DNA from: Phoronis australis
Taxonomy: Eukaryota > Animalia > Phoronida
Length of the DNA stretch: 64,000 nucleotides
Reading direction: 5' to 3'
Assembly: GCA_002633005.1 (NCBI GenBank)
Contig: NMRA01000065.1
Location: forward strand, 1,030,809 to 1,094,808
Part shown: one piece after another, positions 39,512 to 51,320 of the stretch
Layout of the letters: each line of letters starts with the position of its first letter
Numbering within the stretch: position 1 is the stretch's first letter
Translations under genes and position numbers: made by a program
The notes under the pieces: model-generated
What the model saw: only the letters and a program-made list of their open reading frames with translations
The model's database searches: none
What the model was told of the DNA's origin: nothing

Positions 39512-41890
39512 CTATTCTATGAAATTGTTATCAAATTATGTGATTTTTGGGTTTGATTCGAAAGAATTAACGATTCCTTATTGTTCTTCAACCTGACTGA
39601 TAAAGACGGCTCAATCTATGCGCCACCCATGGTCTTGAGCAATAACGAATAATTGTTTTCAAAGCCCTAAAACTACTTCATATTTGAGTTGAGGCCAAGT
39701 CGATATTATTTTTATAGCCGGAAGTGGTGTTATCAAAAGTTAATTTCTTTGAAGGAACGCATGCTAATAGCCGCTTTAAATAGAGTGTTAGTAGTTTAAC
39801 GCATGTGCACTACAAGATCAGAGATTGACCCTGCCAATCAAACATTATCGTACATTGTATTTAAATAAAAAAATCCTTATTATTACACAGTGAGCGCCGC
39901 TTCATATATGTTAACTCAAATCTACTCAACCCCAGTTTTGAGATTGCAACAAAAGTTAAAAAATCACGACATTTAAGAATCTGACTATGTGAATGGGCGA
40001 AGAATATGCACATGTTGCCAACTTCTGTTTTCTACACGAGAACAAAATGACACTTTGCCTTCTGAAGATTCTCTGTTTTATGCAGCAAGTTAGATCTTTG
40101 TAGTCCTATTCGCCAGGATCCTTCAGAAGGGGCGTGACGATGTTAAACTCTACAAGAGAAGGTTTATATTTTCAAAGTGAAAATTCAATCTAGTTTAACT
40201 TTCACCCGCGGCGTTTGTCATTTACAACTAACCAGGTGAATTAAAACCAAACAAATGTGTAATTGCCAGAACTGAGTTTGGTTGTCACGGCAGTCAGGTC
40301 GACTTGCGTGCTAAAGCTTGCGATGTTCATGCACCGGCGGATCTAGCATGTCGCAGGAGGGGGAGGGGGGTGGGTAAACTCAAATTTTGAAGGAAATAAT
40401 TGTTCTCGACACGTTTAGAAGAGCATACTAGTGGCGTTTTGGTCATTACTCGTAATCGCAATACCATCACGATTTATAGATACGAAAATTGTCGTCTACG
40501 TCACTGGACATCCAGTGGTAAAGATCTTCGATTCGACCGACCGTGGCTTCATTCATTTTTCATGGGTCCCTTCTCGGGATATGAGGAAAATTTTTCCGAA
40601 ACCGCCTTTTCAGGGCGTTTGTGTCGTCACAAAATAACGACAACAAAAAGTTATTTACCACAGATATAATCTTCTGAAACCCGTGTAGGCCCATCGTAGG
40701 TCGGCCACTGACACTATTTTCTGATTTTGTCTACGTCTAATGAAGTCTTAATCTACTTTACGATGCTCTTCTTTGTAAATCAGAATCAGTCGACGCGCGA
40801 CTCATCAAAGGAGATGGCGCTGCGTGCCTTTAATATGTGACGGCTGACTTATAATTGTCGGTAGGTGGCATCACGGCTGGAAACCCGAGGTGCAAAATCA
40901 AAACAATAAGCTTTAGATACACGTTCAATAGGAAGCTTATAGGAAGTTACCCACTTATGTACAAGAATCTACTTAAACGTTATTTGAAGATACTCTTTCT
41001 TATTCATTTTGCTTGCTCGGGAATATTCTGGATATTTCCTTAGGCTAAAATAATAGTTCAACGCCATTTTGCAAATTTCAACCGTTATTGAATGGCGATT
41101 TTAGCTTCGCAAGTTTATGGTTTATGTTGATTTATTTCCGCAAATTAGAACTAGGAATTTAACATTTCATCTTCAACAATCTTTTTCTTGAAAGAATCAG
41201 TGCCATATTGAGGATTCCCTTGTGTATATTCACCTCGTGTCAGACGTTGACTGTGGGTTTAGTTTAAAAGGTAGATATGTTTTGTGATTGTGTGTGGATG
41301 GAGAGAAAATGATTAAATTCAGAAATTAATTTATTATATAATAACTACCAATTAATTTCAAGGGAAACCTATAGTTAATTAAGTACACTAACAACGAAGA
41401 GTAACTACGCTAGCGCCCTCTGCCAGCTTCAATCAATTAATCATAAATAATCAAACATCTTATCTGCTATCCAGTCTGTATAGGACAAGACTGACACTAT
41501 CCAGTCTGTATACATGTAGGACAAGACTGACACTCGTTGGATGACTGTCTTGTTGACTGATCCTCGTACTAACACACACAGTACTGCAACAATGTGCTTG
41601 CTTGTCACAGTTCTAATGACACAACGACAGGCCGCAGTATCTGACCACCCACAATGCCTCTTGCTGGTCACAGTCCCTCGTGACGCATCACTTGTAGGCA
41701 GTATCTTACTACCCACAATGCAAGTGACAAGCTCTTCGTCAACTTCGTGTTCGTTCACTAACTCATGCCCTTGCCAAGATCCTCTGAGGTGGCCCTGTTG
41801 CACAATATCTTCAGCTACACTGAAGCAAGTCCTATACCTTCAACTACTTAACTACATTTGACTGTCTCTGCCCAAATTATAATAATGCAC

Positions 41891-42327
41891 CAGTGGCGGA
41901 TCTAGGATATCACAAGGGGGGGGGGCATTATTTTGTCTGTAAACATTTGCGCATAGCACCGAATGGGGGGAGGTCGGGAGGGGGGTTTGCCACTCAAATT
42001 CCATTTTCTTTAAAATTGAAGTAATTTTCTTCATTGCACAGTGAAGCAGACGACGGAAACGGAGTCGTAGTGCGCAGCGCCACTGCCGGTCGTCTGAGAT
42101 ATGGTGGGAGAGCCTATACTTAGCGAATTTTGACACTTGAAATTGGATCTGAGCCCCCCCAAACACACTAAAACTGCACACATTTAAATCTTGTTTCAGC
42201 CGTATAATGTTAATTACCGGGGTTAATTAATAAACTCAACACTTCCCTACGCTCTTCCTGTTTTATTTTTTTTGCGGCAGCCAATGGGGGTGGGGGGGGC
42301 TCCCTGCCCCCCCTAAATCCGCCTATG
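41891..42327. mobile_element. MITE with CAGTGGCGGATCTAGG-type TIR and 5-bp TSD
   Basis: cagtggcggatctagg...cctaaatccgcctatg, flanked by tgcac (41886-41890 and 42328-42332). Confidence 0.8.
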
Positions 42328-42970
42328 TGCACTTACTAACGATTGGGTAACAGAAACCACATGACCTTATCTAATCATATCATTGGCTGTTTCAATCTGA
42401 TTTCAGAAATTTCCAGAACCCTTATAGTACATTTACCCCAGAACAAAAGAGATAAACATCACCTAAAAGTACGCGTAAACATCAAAAGTACATGTAAACA
42501 AGTTTGGCTTCATAATTTCAATGCAAAAATTTTGGGCAACTTCAATGGAACTAACGCTACTAATTAGATAATCAATATTTATTCTGACACCTTGATATTC
42601 TAAGAATATTGTGGTCTGAGATACGTGCTATTTGTGCAAACCAGTTGCCGATTGCTTGAAACAATTCCTGTCTTCTAAATTTTTAGCGCCTTAGTTGTAG
42701 ACTTAGTGCAAAAACTGATTGTCCCTTTTTTCTAACTTTTCACGCCGACGCTACTAACTTAAGGGGTAAGTTTTCAGTCGTAGAGCTCGCAATAAAGACA
42801 AAACGGCACAAAAATATAACATTAGTGAGTAAATGAAATCTACAAATGCGGTGAAATTTAGGAGAAATGGCTGAACCCTTTCTGAGATTGCAACTCGACG
42901 CAAATGGCCGACCCTGAGAACAATCATTGCAACAAATATCTGACAAACAATAGCCGGGTAGCGAATCCAG

Positions 42971-43122
42971 GCGTGCGTTCAGTAGACGCTAGGACCTAGG
43001 CTAGGACCTAGCTAAAACCTAGTCAAAGTCACGTGTTCTCATTTAAAATGCACGGCAATATCTCACGTAATCTTGCGAAGTCTTGCTTTTTAGCCAGGTC
43101 CTAGCGTTACTGAACGGGAGGC
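42971..43122. mobile_element. Small foldback element
   Basis: cgttcagtagacgctaggacct at the left is inverted as aggtcctagcgttactgaacg at the right. Confidence 0.55.
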
Positions 43123-43178
43123 AGTAAAGACCGGTCTTCTGGTAAACATACTTATCTTTAATACCTTAACTTTTCCAG

Positions 43179-43348
43179 AGGGATGTGTCCCAACTTACTT
43201 GTTTCCCCATCCATGGCAAATTTCGGCGAGTCAGACTTGGTACCCTCTCATCACTCTAGATGGCGCGCAACAACCACTTTCTCTGGAGAAAGCTTATGTA
43301 GTCGACACTATGAGTCGACGCCGATATAAATTTGACAACGGCAAAGAG
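43179..43348 (+). CDS. F5/8C-CUB-serine protease, exon A (start of F5/8 type C domain)
   Basis: ttttccag|AG acceptor (phase 1) and GAG|gtttgt donor. GCVPTYLFPHPWQISASQTW resembles a discoidin-domain start. Upstream exon(s) not identified. Confidence 0.65.
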
Positions 43349-43914
43349 GTTTGTGGTATATTATCCGTTCGAATAGTAATGATTTGCTTGCTCTGAACTT
43401 GTTTAAATCTGATAAAATTTTGTTGAATCTAATGTCTTGACAATTAGTAGTTGGTGACTCAAATTCAATAGTTAATGCCTCAAGAATGTTTATTTTAGAT
43501 ATTACGAATGCTCGTGTGATATACTATCAATTATAACACTCTCTAGATGACACATCCAAAATCCAGATATCCTCAGGGCCTAGTATTGTTGATCAGTAGA
43601 GCTTGGTCTACACTGGCCAACTTTTTGTATGCGTACTTGACATCACTCGCGTTAGAAAACACTCTGCCGTAGACTGAAGGATGCCAAACACGGGTATTTC
43701 CGGAGCAAACTCGAGTTTTGCTAGCAGTTGTTAGCAAAAGTTCAGTGTTAAAACGGCAAGAGCTCAAATTTACGAACACGTAATGATATACTCTTATTAA
43801 AGAAGTCAATCGGGAGTTCTTTCACCAATGGGATTACCGGCGCGAAACGACCACTAAGTGTTCCCAACGGGATGCAGCCTGACCCCTGAACAAAATCAAG
43901 GTATTCCATTTCAG

Positions 43915-44205
43915 GTGGACGTCGAGTTTGCTGGTATTCCAATCGAACTGAAATACAATGACGTTGCAGAATACGGTGCAGCCATATTTAGACAACAGTA
44001 TATAGACATTTTCCTAGGTGTCAACTACGACATTTACGGTATTGCACTGCAAGGAGGCTTTGTAAACGAGACTACGAGAATTAACGGCACTGTGACATCA
44101 TCGGAATTCTTATCATCGTGGATCGAGACGTATATGGTTTCGTATTCCCACGACGGAGGGCGCAACTTTCACCAGCTGAAGTACGACGAATTTGATGAAA
44201 CAGTT
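43915..44205 (+). CDS. F5/8C-CUB-serine protease, exon B (F5/8C core)
   Basis: tttcag|GTG and GTT|gtaagg, phase 0/0. QYIDIFLG..IYGIALQG...WIETYMVSYSHDG is the FA58C signature. Confidence 0.85.
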
Positions 44206-45526
44206 GTAAGGAACAAGTTGGTCTTGAACTACGCCGTATAATCCAGGTTACCGTATTTGAGAGTATACAGGTTTATGTCCCTGCATGTAAAGCTTCGCCT
44301 ACGTGCCCGAATTGCGGCGTTTGTGGCTTTCATACAAAACATTTACATAAAATCCAAGGAGTAAGTCTTTAAAAATGTGGAGTTTGGCTTACACGTTACC
44401 AAAATGTATATGTTGGGATTTATGGGATATAAGATTGGACAGTTTAGATGAAAAGTACTAAGAATGGACAAAATGCACATAAAAACATACTCAATTTAAA
44501 ACACTCTTATGTTCAAGACGAGAAGGGAAGCCCAGGCGCATGCCCCAGTGCGCCAAACGCTTGAGCAATGTTTTTGCGAAAACGCATAATTTAAGATATA
44601 CTGTAGGTGCATAAGCCCAAATACGCCCACATACGGTATCTTCGAAACAGAGTTGTTTTCTTCACAGAAATGTGGATCTCCATCGCATTCCATTGTTTGA
44701 ATAGCCCACACCTCCGTAGTATATGTCATAGACAACACTGCAGAACGACAGATAAGTATTTGCACCTGTAGGCTACGTAACCACTACTGTAAATTTTGAG
44801 AAGAATCTTTCACGAACATGAACAGTGGATAACATCGGAAGCGGAGAGAGTTGATTACAAGAAGACGTATACTGTCAATTTGTTAGCCAACTAGTGGCCG
44901 ACAACAAAGGTGAATCTGTGGGTATAATGATTTCCATACTCGAAACTCTACTTGAAAGTTGGCCAATTGTATATCGCACTTCGAGGAAACTTGCAAGTTC
45001 GTAATCGAATCATGTAGCATCATTAGTTAAATTTCGAGGCTGAGTCTGAGTCAAGTGTGAATTCGGAAATCAGGGCCTGGAGTCTAATCTTTGCACTCGA
45101 AATCAAACTCGAAATGGTATTTTCTATTCTTCTTTTGTGCAAACGCAGAAAAAGTGTCTCTGCTTGAGTGCATACAACGGCTTAAGCCTAATCCAAGTTT
45201 GCAGTTGATGACTCCAGCATTAAGGCTAAGAGTTCGAGTTTGAACTCGTATTTTCGAGTTTTTACGCGAAATCTTGAGTTCTTACTCTAGTTTGTAGCCG
45301 TACAATTAAGGATCTTCAAGTGCAAATTTCGCGAGAAACTCATATCCATAAACCATAATTTGCTCAAGTACAGACTAATTGCCACCAATCTTGGGCTCGT
45401 ACAAAAGTAGAACAGAAAATACAAGAAAATAATGTCGATATTGATTTCCAGCTACACTGAGAGAGTGAATCCTGGCCCCTGATCCTGGATCCAGGTTCCC
45501 ATTTTTTCTGTTAACGACATTCAGTC

Positions 45527-45595
45527 CATACGTACATAAATACATACATACATACATACATACATACATACATACATACATACATACATACATAC

Positions 45596-45638
<43 letters not shown>
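45527..45638. repeat. (TACA)n microsatellite
   Basis: About 110 bp of tacatacataca; source of the YVCM pseudo-ORFs. Confidence 0.95.
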
Positions 45639-45644
<6 letters not shown>

Positions 45645-45699
45645 CTTGCATGTGTATATTGTGACTTTCATGATATTCATCAACAGATACTCGTTGTAG

Positions 45700-45859
45700 A
45701 TATTTCATGCCAACCACGATAGTTATGCCAAGTCTGAGGAGGCGTTTCCGGTTCCGATCAGGACCGGAAATTTGCGAATACATCCGACGCACGTTAGTGT
45801 AGATGCTCAGTGGGCAAGACAGGCTCTGGCCAGAATAGCTTTAATAGTCTGTAGACCAC
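45700..45859 (+). CDS. F5/8C-CUB-serine protease, exon C (F5/8C C-terminus)
   Basis: gttgtag|ATA and CAC|gtaagt. IFHANHDSYAKSEEAFPVPIRTGNLRIHP...ARIALIVC matches the FA58C ending. Not in the ORF track. Confidence 0.85.
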
Positions 45860-46978
45860 GTAAGTAGAGACATAACACAGGGGGCTGACCTTATTTGTAC
45901 TACCTAGAATTTCCGATGGTAAGCCTCAGGGCTTATTTCATATCGCTTTCAGGGAGGGGTAATCGAATCCCTACCTCTGCCGAACAACTACCACACAGCG
46001 GAATCCTTACCCCGCGAGAGTAATCCTAACCATTCTCAACAAAACACCTCCCCCAAAAAAGAAATTATTGGTCTGAGGCAAAATTTTTGAGATGCAAGGC
46101 TTTTTATGGTCAGGAGAGGGTGAAGGGTTTGTCTCTCGTGGTAAAGTTTTCATTCTTTGGATAGTGTTCTTTGGTCTTTGGGTTATTTATCACTGCCAGT
46201 TGTTTGAACTGTTTTGTGTTCCATGGTATGCCGCTGAGTGTAAAACGGATATTAAATGTCCCAGGACAAATTCGACGGGTGGCAAATGTGGCGGTAGTTC
46301 AGCAATTACTGACTTGTAGAACTGTTTCATTACGAATTCAGTGGACAATTAAACGATTTTCAGAGGAAAGCACCGTATTACGAGAATGTGTTGATGACCG
46401 GGAAAGAGATGGCAGGGCAGGAAATTGAAGATGACCCAGGAAATATTGTAAAATTGGTGGCACGTGAGCATTGGTGGCGGAAAGTTTTCTTAGGTGTGGG
46501 ATATGAAATTTCAAGTTATAAGAATTCAGATGTGTTCACGACGACAAAAAATAACAGGTCTAAATCAAACACATGGTATGCACAGAGTTGCTGGTAAATA
46601 ATGCCAATCTGAAAAAAATGTGTGTATTGGAGTGGGTTAAATTCGCTCATCACCCCCGCCTCCGCCGTCAATGGTGGAAAACTATCAAATCAATGCTGAC
46701 GGAGAAGATAAGGGTTTATAGGGTCATGACATGAATTCAGAACCACAGACATCATGGTGTCTATGTCCAGAACGCTTTTAACCCAGTGCCGTATAGGAGC
46801 AGCTTGCACGTGCGCGCTTGTTCAGTGTAGCCACGCCCCAGAGCCGCCGATATGCCTCTCGTAACTTTTCACATGGTAAGCTGTCGCCATGTTATTTTGG
46901 ACTTATGGCGTTATTTTAAACGCCTGGTGCTTTCCGTCCAGCAACGTGTTTTATTGTACGGCTTTCTGCTCAACGCAG

Positions 46979-47106
46979 GTCTAACTGAGAAAGTAATCAA
47001 CTCTGCATCAAGAGACAGCAACGTATTCGTACCTTTGCGAAACCCTGGTGGTGGGTACGGCAGTGGATACAGGATCAGGTGGCGGATCAAGGTTCGAGAG
47101 GGGGAG
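46979..47106 (+). CDS. F5/8C-CUB-serine protease, exon D (CUB N-half)
   Basis: caacgcag|GT and GAG|gtaatt. NPGGGYGSGYRIRWRIKVREGE aligns to CUB SP.YP..Y....C.W.I.V..G. Confidence 0.8.
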
Positions 47107-47819
47107 GTAATTGAAGTTCATTCATTTTTCTTGCAGTTGTCCTTTATTGAGGGGTTTTAAACCTCTTAGACCTGTCATCGGTTTTCATCCACCACGAAGC
47201 ATGCATATAGAGCGCAAACAACTGCCAGTGTAACAGATTACCTGTAGGGGGAGCAAGTGACTCGACGTTATACAATTATTGATCGAAAGAATGACATGAA
47301 CATCACGAAACATGAACATTTGCTAACATACACGTCGTCCGACAGAATGTGTTCGTGTGTAGCAATAGGTGGGGCCACATTTGGGAACCGATCAATCGAC
47401 CGTCCCGGCGGAGCTGTTAAGAATATTCTTTCGGGACTAAGTAGGCCATGGGCCCACTTGTGCCCCCACAGTGGCTACGCCAGTGGTAGGAACGTCGTAA
47501 CATCTTTGAACAAAATTAAGCACTGTGCATTGAATTCTTTGCGAATGCATCACGGCCTTCTGCCAATTATGCAAGTACATCATGCACAACCTGGGCTGCG
47601 TTCCGTTGAGCAAGTCCTTGCGAGTAAAGCGAGATCTGACGCGTCTTCTCGCAATATACCGCTATGCATTACAGGCGAAGCAGCAGATCAAACTAGCTTA
47701 AGTTGTGGGAGTGCCGTACGTATACGGAACGCAACCCTAGTTTGGGAAGAACTATAAACATGCTTTAATGATATAACATGTTTGATTTCGCAAAAAAGCG
47801 TGTATGTTTACCCCACCAG

Positions 47820-48060
47820 GTTATAAAACTACGGCTTGTTAGTCAGCATATGATAACGTCGCCCAGCTGTTACACCAGTTATTTGGCGGTCTATGACGGG
47901 CTAAATGCGGAAAATGAAATCCCCAGTCCACTGCTATTCAAAACATGCGGAATTCTGAAACGTCACAAGGTCATCGAGTCAAGCGGTCCAAATATGGAAG
48001 TCGTGTTTGAGTCACATGACAGGCACGACCAATCAACATCCATGTTCACAGTTGTTGGAG
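47820..48060 (+). CDS. F5/8C-CUB-serine protease, exon E (CUB C-half)
   Basis: ccccaccag|GTT and GAG|gtgaga. IKLRL...SCYTSYLAVYDG...LLFKTCG...IESSGPNMEVVFESH is a CUB signature. Confidence 0.88.
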
Positions 48061-48244
48061 GTGAGAAGTGTCAATAGATCACAAGAAATCATCGTTATTC
48101 TGTTTAGAAACTTTATTTTCTTTATTAAAGTGTCATGCAGCACTGAAACTATAGCCGTAGCATAAGTGTCACCTTATTTCTCATAAGATAAATTGACATT
48201 GTTTCCTAGAACAGCCATGTTCAAGAAAACAACAACGGTTTTAA

Positions 48245-48292
48245 AACTTGACATGTTTCGGTGTCATTTATTAAACACCATCCTCAGAAGTC
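48245..48292 (-). ncRNA. Minimal type I hammerhead ribozyme (minus-strand copy)
   Basis: Exact reverse complement of 48755-48802. Confidence 0.75.
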
Positions 48293-48754
48293 ATGATACA
48301 GTGGCCACCTAGCTAGGCCCAGCAACACGTAATGAAGCACAGATACAGTCAGTTACAGGGAGTGACAATGAACTAGACCAACAATGACAACCTGTGGTGT
48401 GTCAGTTGCCTATTGAGATTGGGCTTGCACCAACTGATATGTAAAGCCTCACGAATTTTAAGCTTCTTTGTTGTTACTGCCTGGTCTATTATTGCAAAGT
48501 CATTGAAAGAGCTCCAATAATTGTTATCAGCAGTGCTCTTTCAATGACTTTGCAATAATAGACCAGGCAGTAACAACAAAGGAGCTTAAAATTCGTGAGG
48601 CTTTACATATCAGTTGGTGCAAGCCCAATCTCAATAGGCAACTGACACACCACAGGTTGTCATTGTTGGTCTAGTTCATTGTCACTCCCTGTAACTGACT
48701 GTATCTGTGCTTCGTTACTTGTTGCTGGGCCTAGCTAGGTGGCCACTGTATTAT

Positions 48755-48802
48755 GACTTCTGAGGATGGTGTTTAATAAATGACACCGAAACATGTCAAG
48801 TT
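48755..48802 (+). ncRNA. Minimal type I hammerhead ribozyme (Penelope-type)
   Basis: gactt-CTGAGGA-t-ggtgtt(taataaat)gacacc-GAAA-catg-TC-aagtt. Core boxes, 6-bp stem II and 5-bp stem I are present, with a palindromic ACAUGU minimal stem III. Predicted cleavage after C48797. Confidence 0.78.
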
Positions 48803-48977
48803 TTAAAACCGTTGTTGTTTTCTTGAATATATGCTGCTACTTGCTATCATGGAGAAAACAGCCATGTTCAGTTAAAAAGTTTCGTTGCCGCTCAAGCCTT
48901 CACCCATCTCAAAGACAAAATGACTCCGATCGAAACTAATTGCTTTCACCGACTAACGACGTGTTGTGTCGTTGCAG

Positions 48978-49357
48978 CTCGTACACAGGGTTGTGGCAAG
49001 AAACGTGTAAGCGGAAGAGCCCCGACTCCTTCGAATTGGTACTTGCGTGATTTTAACAGCGGAGCTTATACACCATACTGGTCAATGCCAGCGCCGCGTG
49101 GTGGTAAATCTAACAACGGGAATAACTACGACTACAGTCCTTCCGATCGCCATCACAGCGAAGGTCAGCCGTACCAAAACCATTTCTATTACCGGTATCA
49201 CCAAGTGCTACGTGACGAGCAGGCTTCTGTGTTTATGGTCCGGTACCATCTGCAAGAGTCCGCCGCAAACCGTGAGCGCAGGCGAAGCAGAAGAAGCACA
49301 CGACACAGAAGACTGGCCATGAGCAGTTCTACAAGCCACGGTGATTGGCCATGGAAC
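48978..49357 (+). CDS. F5/8C-CUB-serine protease, exon F (GCG, long linker, polybasic site, protease N-terminus)
   Basis: gttgcag|CT and AAC|gtaagg. Reads GCGKKR...RERRRSRRSTRHRR-LAMSSSTSHGDWPWN; G.WPW marks the S1 protease start. Confidence 0.85.
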
Positions 49358-50186
49358 GTAAGGAAATCTTTCTACTTCATATTGATTTATTGGAAATGTT
49401 CACCTTGCTGCATTCCCCTACTCAGTCACTGCCACTCTGGGCTGGGACAAAACTGTAAAAGTTATTTTTGGAAAAGTGTAATTGTAACTAGAAGTCAAAC
49501 ATTTTTTTACAACGGCAACGTCTATGATCTCAGTGTTGTTGTCGAGAGTATAACTATGATGCTTCCGAGCCCTTGTGACTTGATTCGTGTTTACTTTCTT
49601 AAGTCCGCACTTAAAATATTTTCAACACTCACGCTAATCAAACGGACTGATAGGTTAGTGAAATGCTTGATTTTTCCACTTTTCGTGGTCTGTATTCTAC
49701 TTTTGAAATTCAAAGGAAAATAATTGTTTTTGTCTCATTGAAATGAAATGACTTATGCACATAATGTACGACTAGGTGCGAGAAGGGAAATCGCACTTAT
49801 TTCAAGTTAGGTAATAAAGCCTTGCGTATTGCTTATCCAATAAGAATAATAATATAGTTACACCTGTACGGTTGCCCAATGACGTCACCAAAATAGTTAA
49901 TTAGAAAAACTGGATGAACACTAACACACGCACACACACTGTGTTCACAATATTTTGCACTCCAATGGCAATATTTATATTTTGCCTGGTGTAAATCAGA
50001 TTAGATTATTACAAATTGCAAGTTTTTGAATGACCAACACCCTTTACCTGGGACACTTGAGCTTGCAAGTGTTTGTATACCGCGACAGTGACCAATAAAG
50101 GGGTCGGAGGTGTGTTCCGTGAACCCATAAAACTTACACAACATTTGCAGCGAGAAATCATCGCATAAGGAACGGAAACAGCACAT

Positions 50187-50439
50187 CAAGCGCGCACCCA
50201 GGGGGGAGGGGTGGGGGCTCGAACGAGCCCCCCATTTGGCGAATTGGGTACAAATGTCCGCCTCAGAGAAACAAAAAGTCCGAGAAAACGAGACGAAAGT
50301 CCACTATAAAGGCGTAGACGCACAGTTCACAGACCTGAAGATGGTACCTCGTTTTTTTAGTCCTCCCGCTCTTTTGTTAGCAAAAGATCCACTTTGTCAG
50401 AGATTCGAGCCCCCATATTAAAGGCTGGGTGCTTGCATG
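50187..50439 (+). mobile_element. MITE family A copy 6 (subfamily 2)
   Basis: caagcgcgcacccag...ctgggtgcttgcatg; 5-bp flanking duplication cacat (50182-50186 and 50440-50444). Confidence 0.85.
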
Positions 50440-50738
50440 CACATTATACCCCAAAATTCAATTGCACTCCAACCTCACAGTGTAATCGCGTCACTGGCCA
50501 CGATTTTGCTCGGCTACACTAGTATGGTATCGAGTATACTCGCGAAACACTCGTCGTCGTTCACTCGAGGGATTTTGCGTGGTCTTGCTTTTTCGCGAAC
50601 TTGTCGCGTCTGTGGAACGCACTCCTAGACTGAGTCATTTCTTCACCGCTGCTTTTTTAATGCTTGCAATATACTCCTCTGTGGATGGCGGTGCCACGCA
50701 AATTCTAAAATACAAAAATTACACTGCTTTAATTACAG

Positions 50739-50839
50739 GTTCGAATATTAAAGGCGACAGATGGAGTGTTATCCCATCATTGCGGAGGAGTTCTAATCCA
50801 TCCTCTGTGGGTAGTGACGGCTGCTCATTGCCTTTTCCG
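50739..50839 (+). CDS. F5/8C-CUB-serine protease, exon G (catalytic His)
   Basis: aattacag|GTT and CCG|gttagt. VRILKATDGVLSHHCGGVLIHPLWVVTAAHCLF. Not in the ORF track. Confidence 0.92.
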
Positions 50840-51044
50840 GTTAGTGGTTCTCCTTTTATTTTGTCGTTATGCTTACACCAAGAAAATGCTTAGCATTTGT
50901 TGATGTACTAGATGTCTATTGCTGGTTTAAGGTTAAGGTTTGAATAAACATCATAAACAAAATTCGTTGCAAATGTGACATCCCAAACAATCGGTTAAAC
51001 GGGAGATGGAAATGATTCGAAGGCTGCACCTCTGAAGTCTAATC

Positions 51045-51320
51045 ACGATCTCCTTAACCCGAGTACCGGATCAACAAATACCAAACTCGCGGTACATGAA
51101 ATTCCATGCCGCACCTCTGAAGTCCACAATAAACAATCCATATCGAGTAACCAAACTCTGAACCCTATCCCTCACCCGGACTTATGGTAAAGGTCTCGAT
51201 TTTGGTGTGCTGGCTTATGGAGCGTTTTCTTGACGTGTGTGGAGTTTAGGGGCGCGGGGATGGAATTATACGCTGGAATTGATGTTTGCTGGTCCGGTAC
51301 TGGGATTTAGAGGATCGACG
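51045..51320. repeat. Degenerate foldback (old MITE)
   Basis: gatctcc..gagtaccggatcaacaaa..aattccat..gtccaca is mirrored by tgtgga..atggaatt..tttgctggtccggtact..ggatc. Confidence 0.5.

Larger units (their letters stand above)
48220..48827. mobile_element. Inverted duplication of a Penelope-like retroelement 3' end (293-bp arms, 22-nt loop)
   Basis: 48220-48512 is the reverse complement of 48535-48827, with about 4 mismatches by eye. Loop plus right arm read ...FNDFAIIDQAVTTKELKIREALHISWCKPNLNRQ...*, a PLE GIY-YIG C-terminus. Direct repeat aacagccatgttca at 48210-48223 and 48857-48870. Confidence 0.9.

Noticed and set aside
40419-40517. KSILVAFWSLLVIAIP as the protease signal-peptide exon
   Set aside because: Hydrophobic and flanked by AG and GT, but it has no ATG and in that frame ends in phase 0 while exon A needs phase 1. 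It remains possible with an unseen intervening exon.
45375-45792. ORFs with YVCM repeats
   Set aside because: Translations of the (TACA)n microsatellite on the antisense strand.
49358-49723. Hydrophobic C-terminal part of the 267-aa ORF as a transmembrane tail
   Set aside because: Read-through past the AAC|gtaagg donor; the protease continues at 50739.
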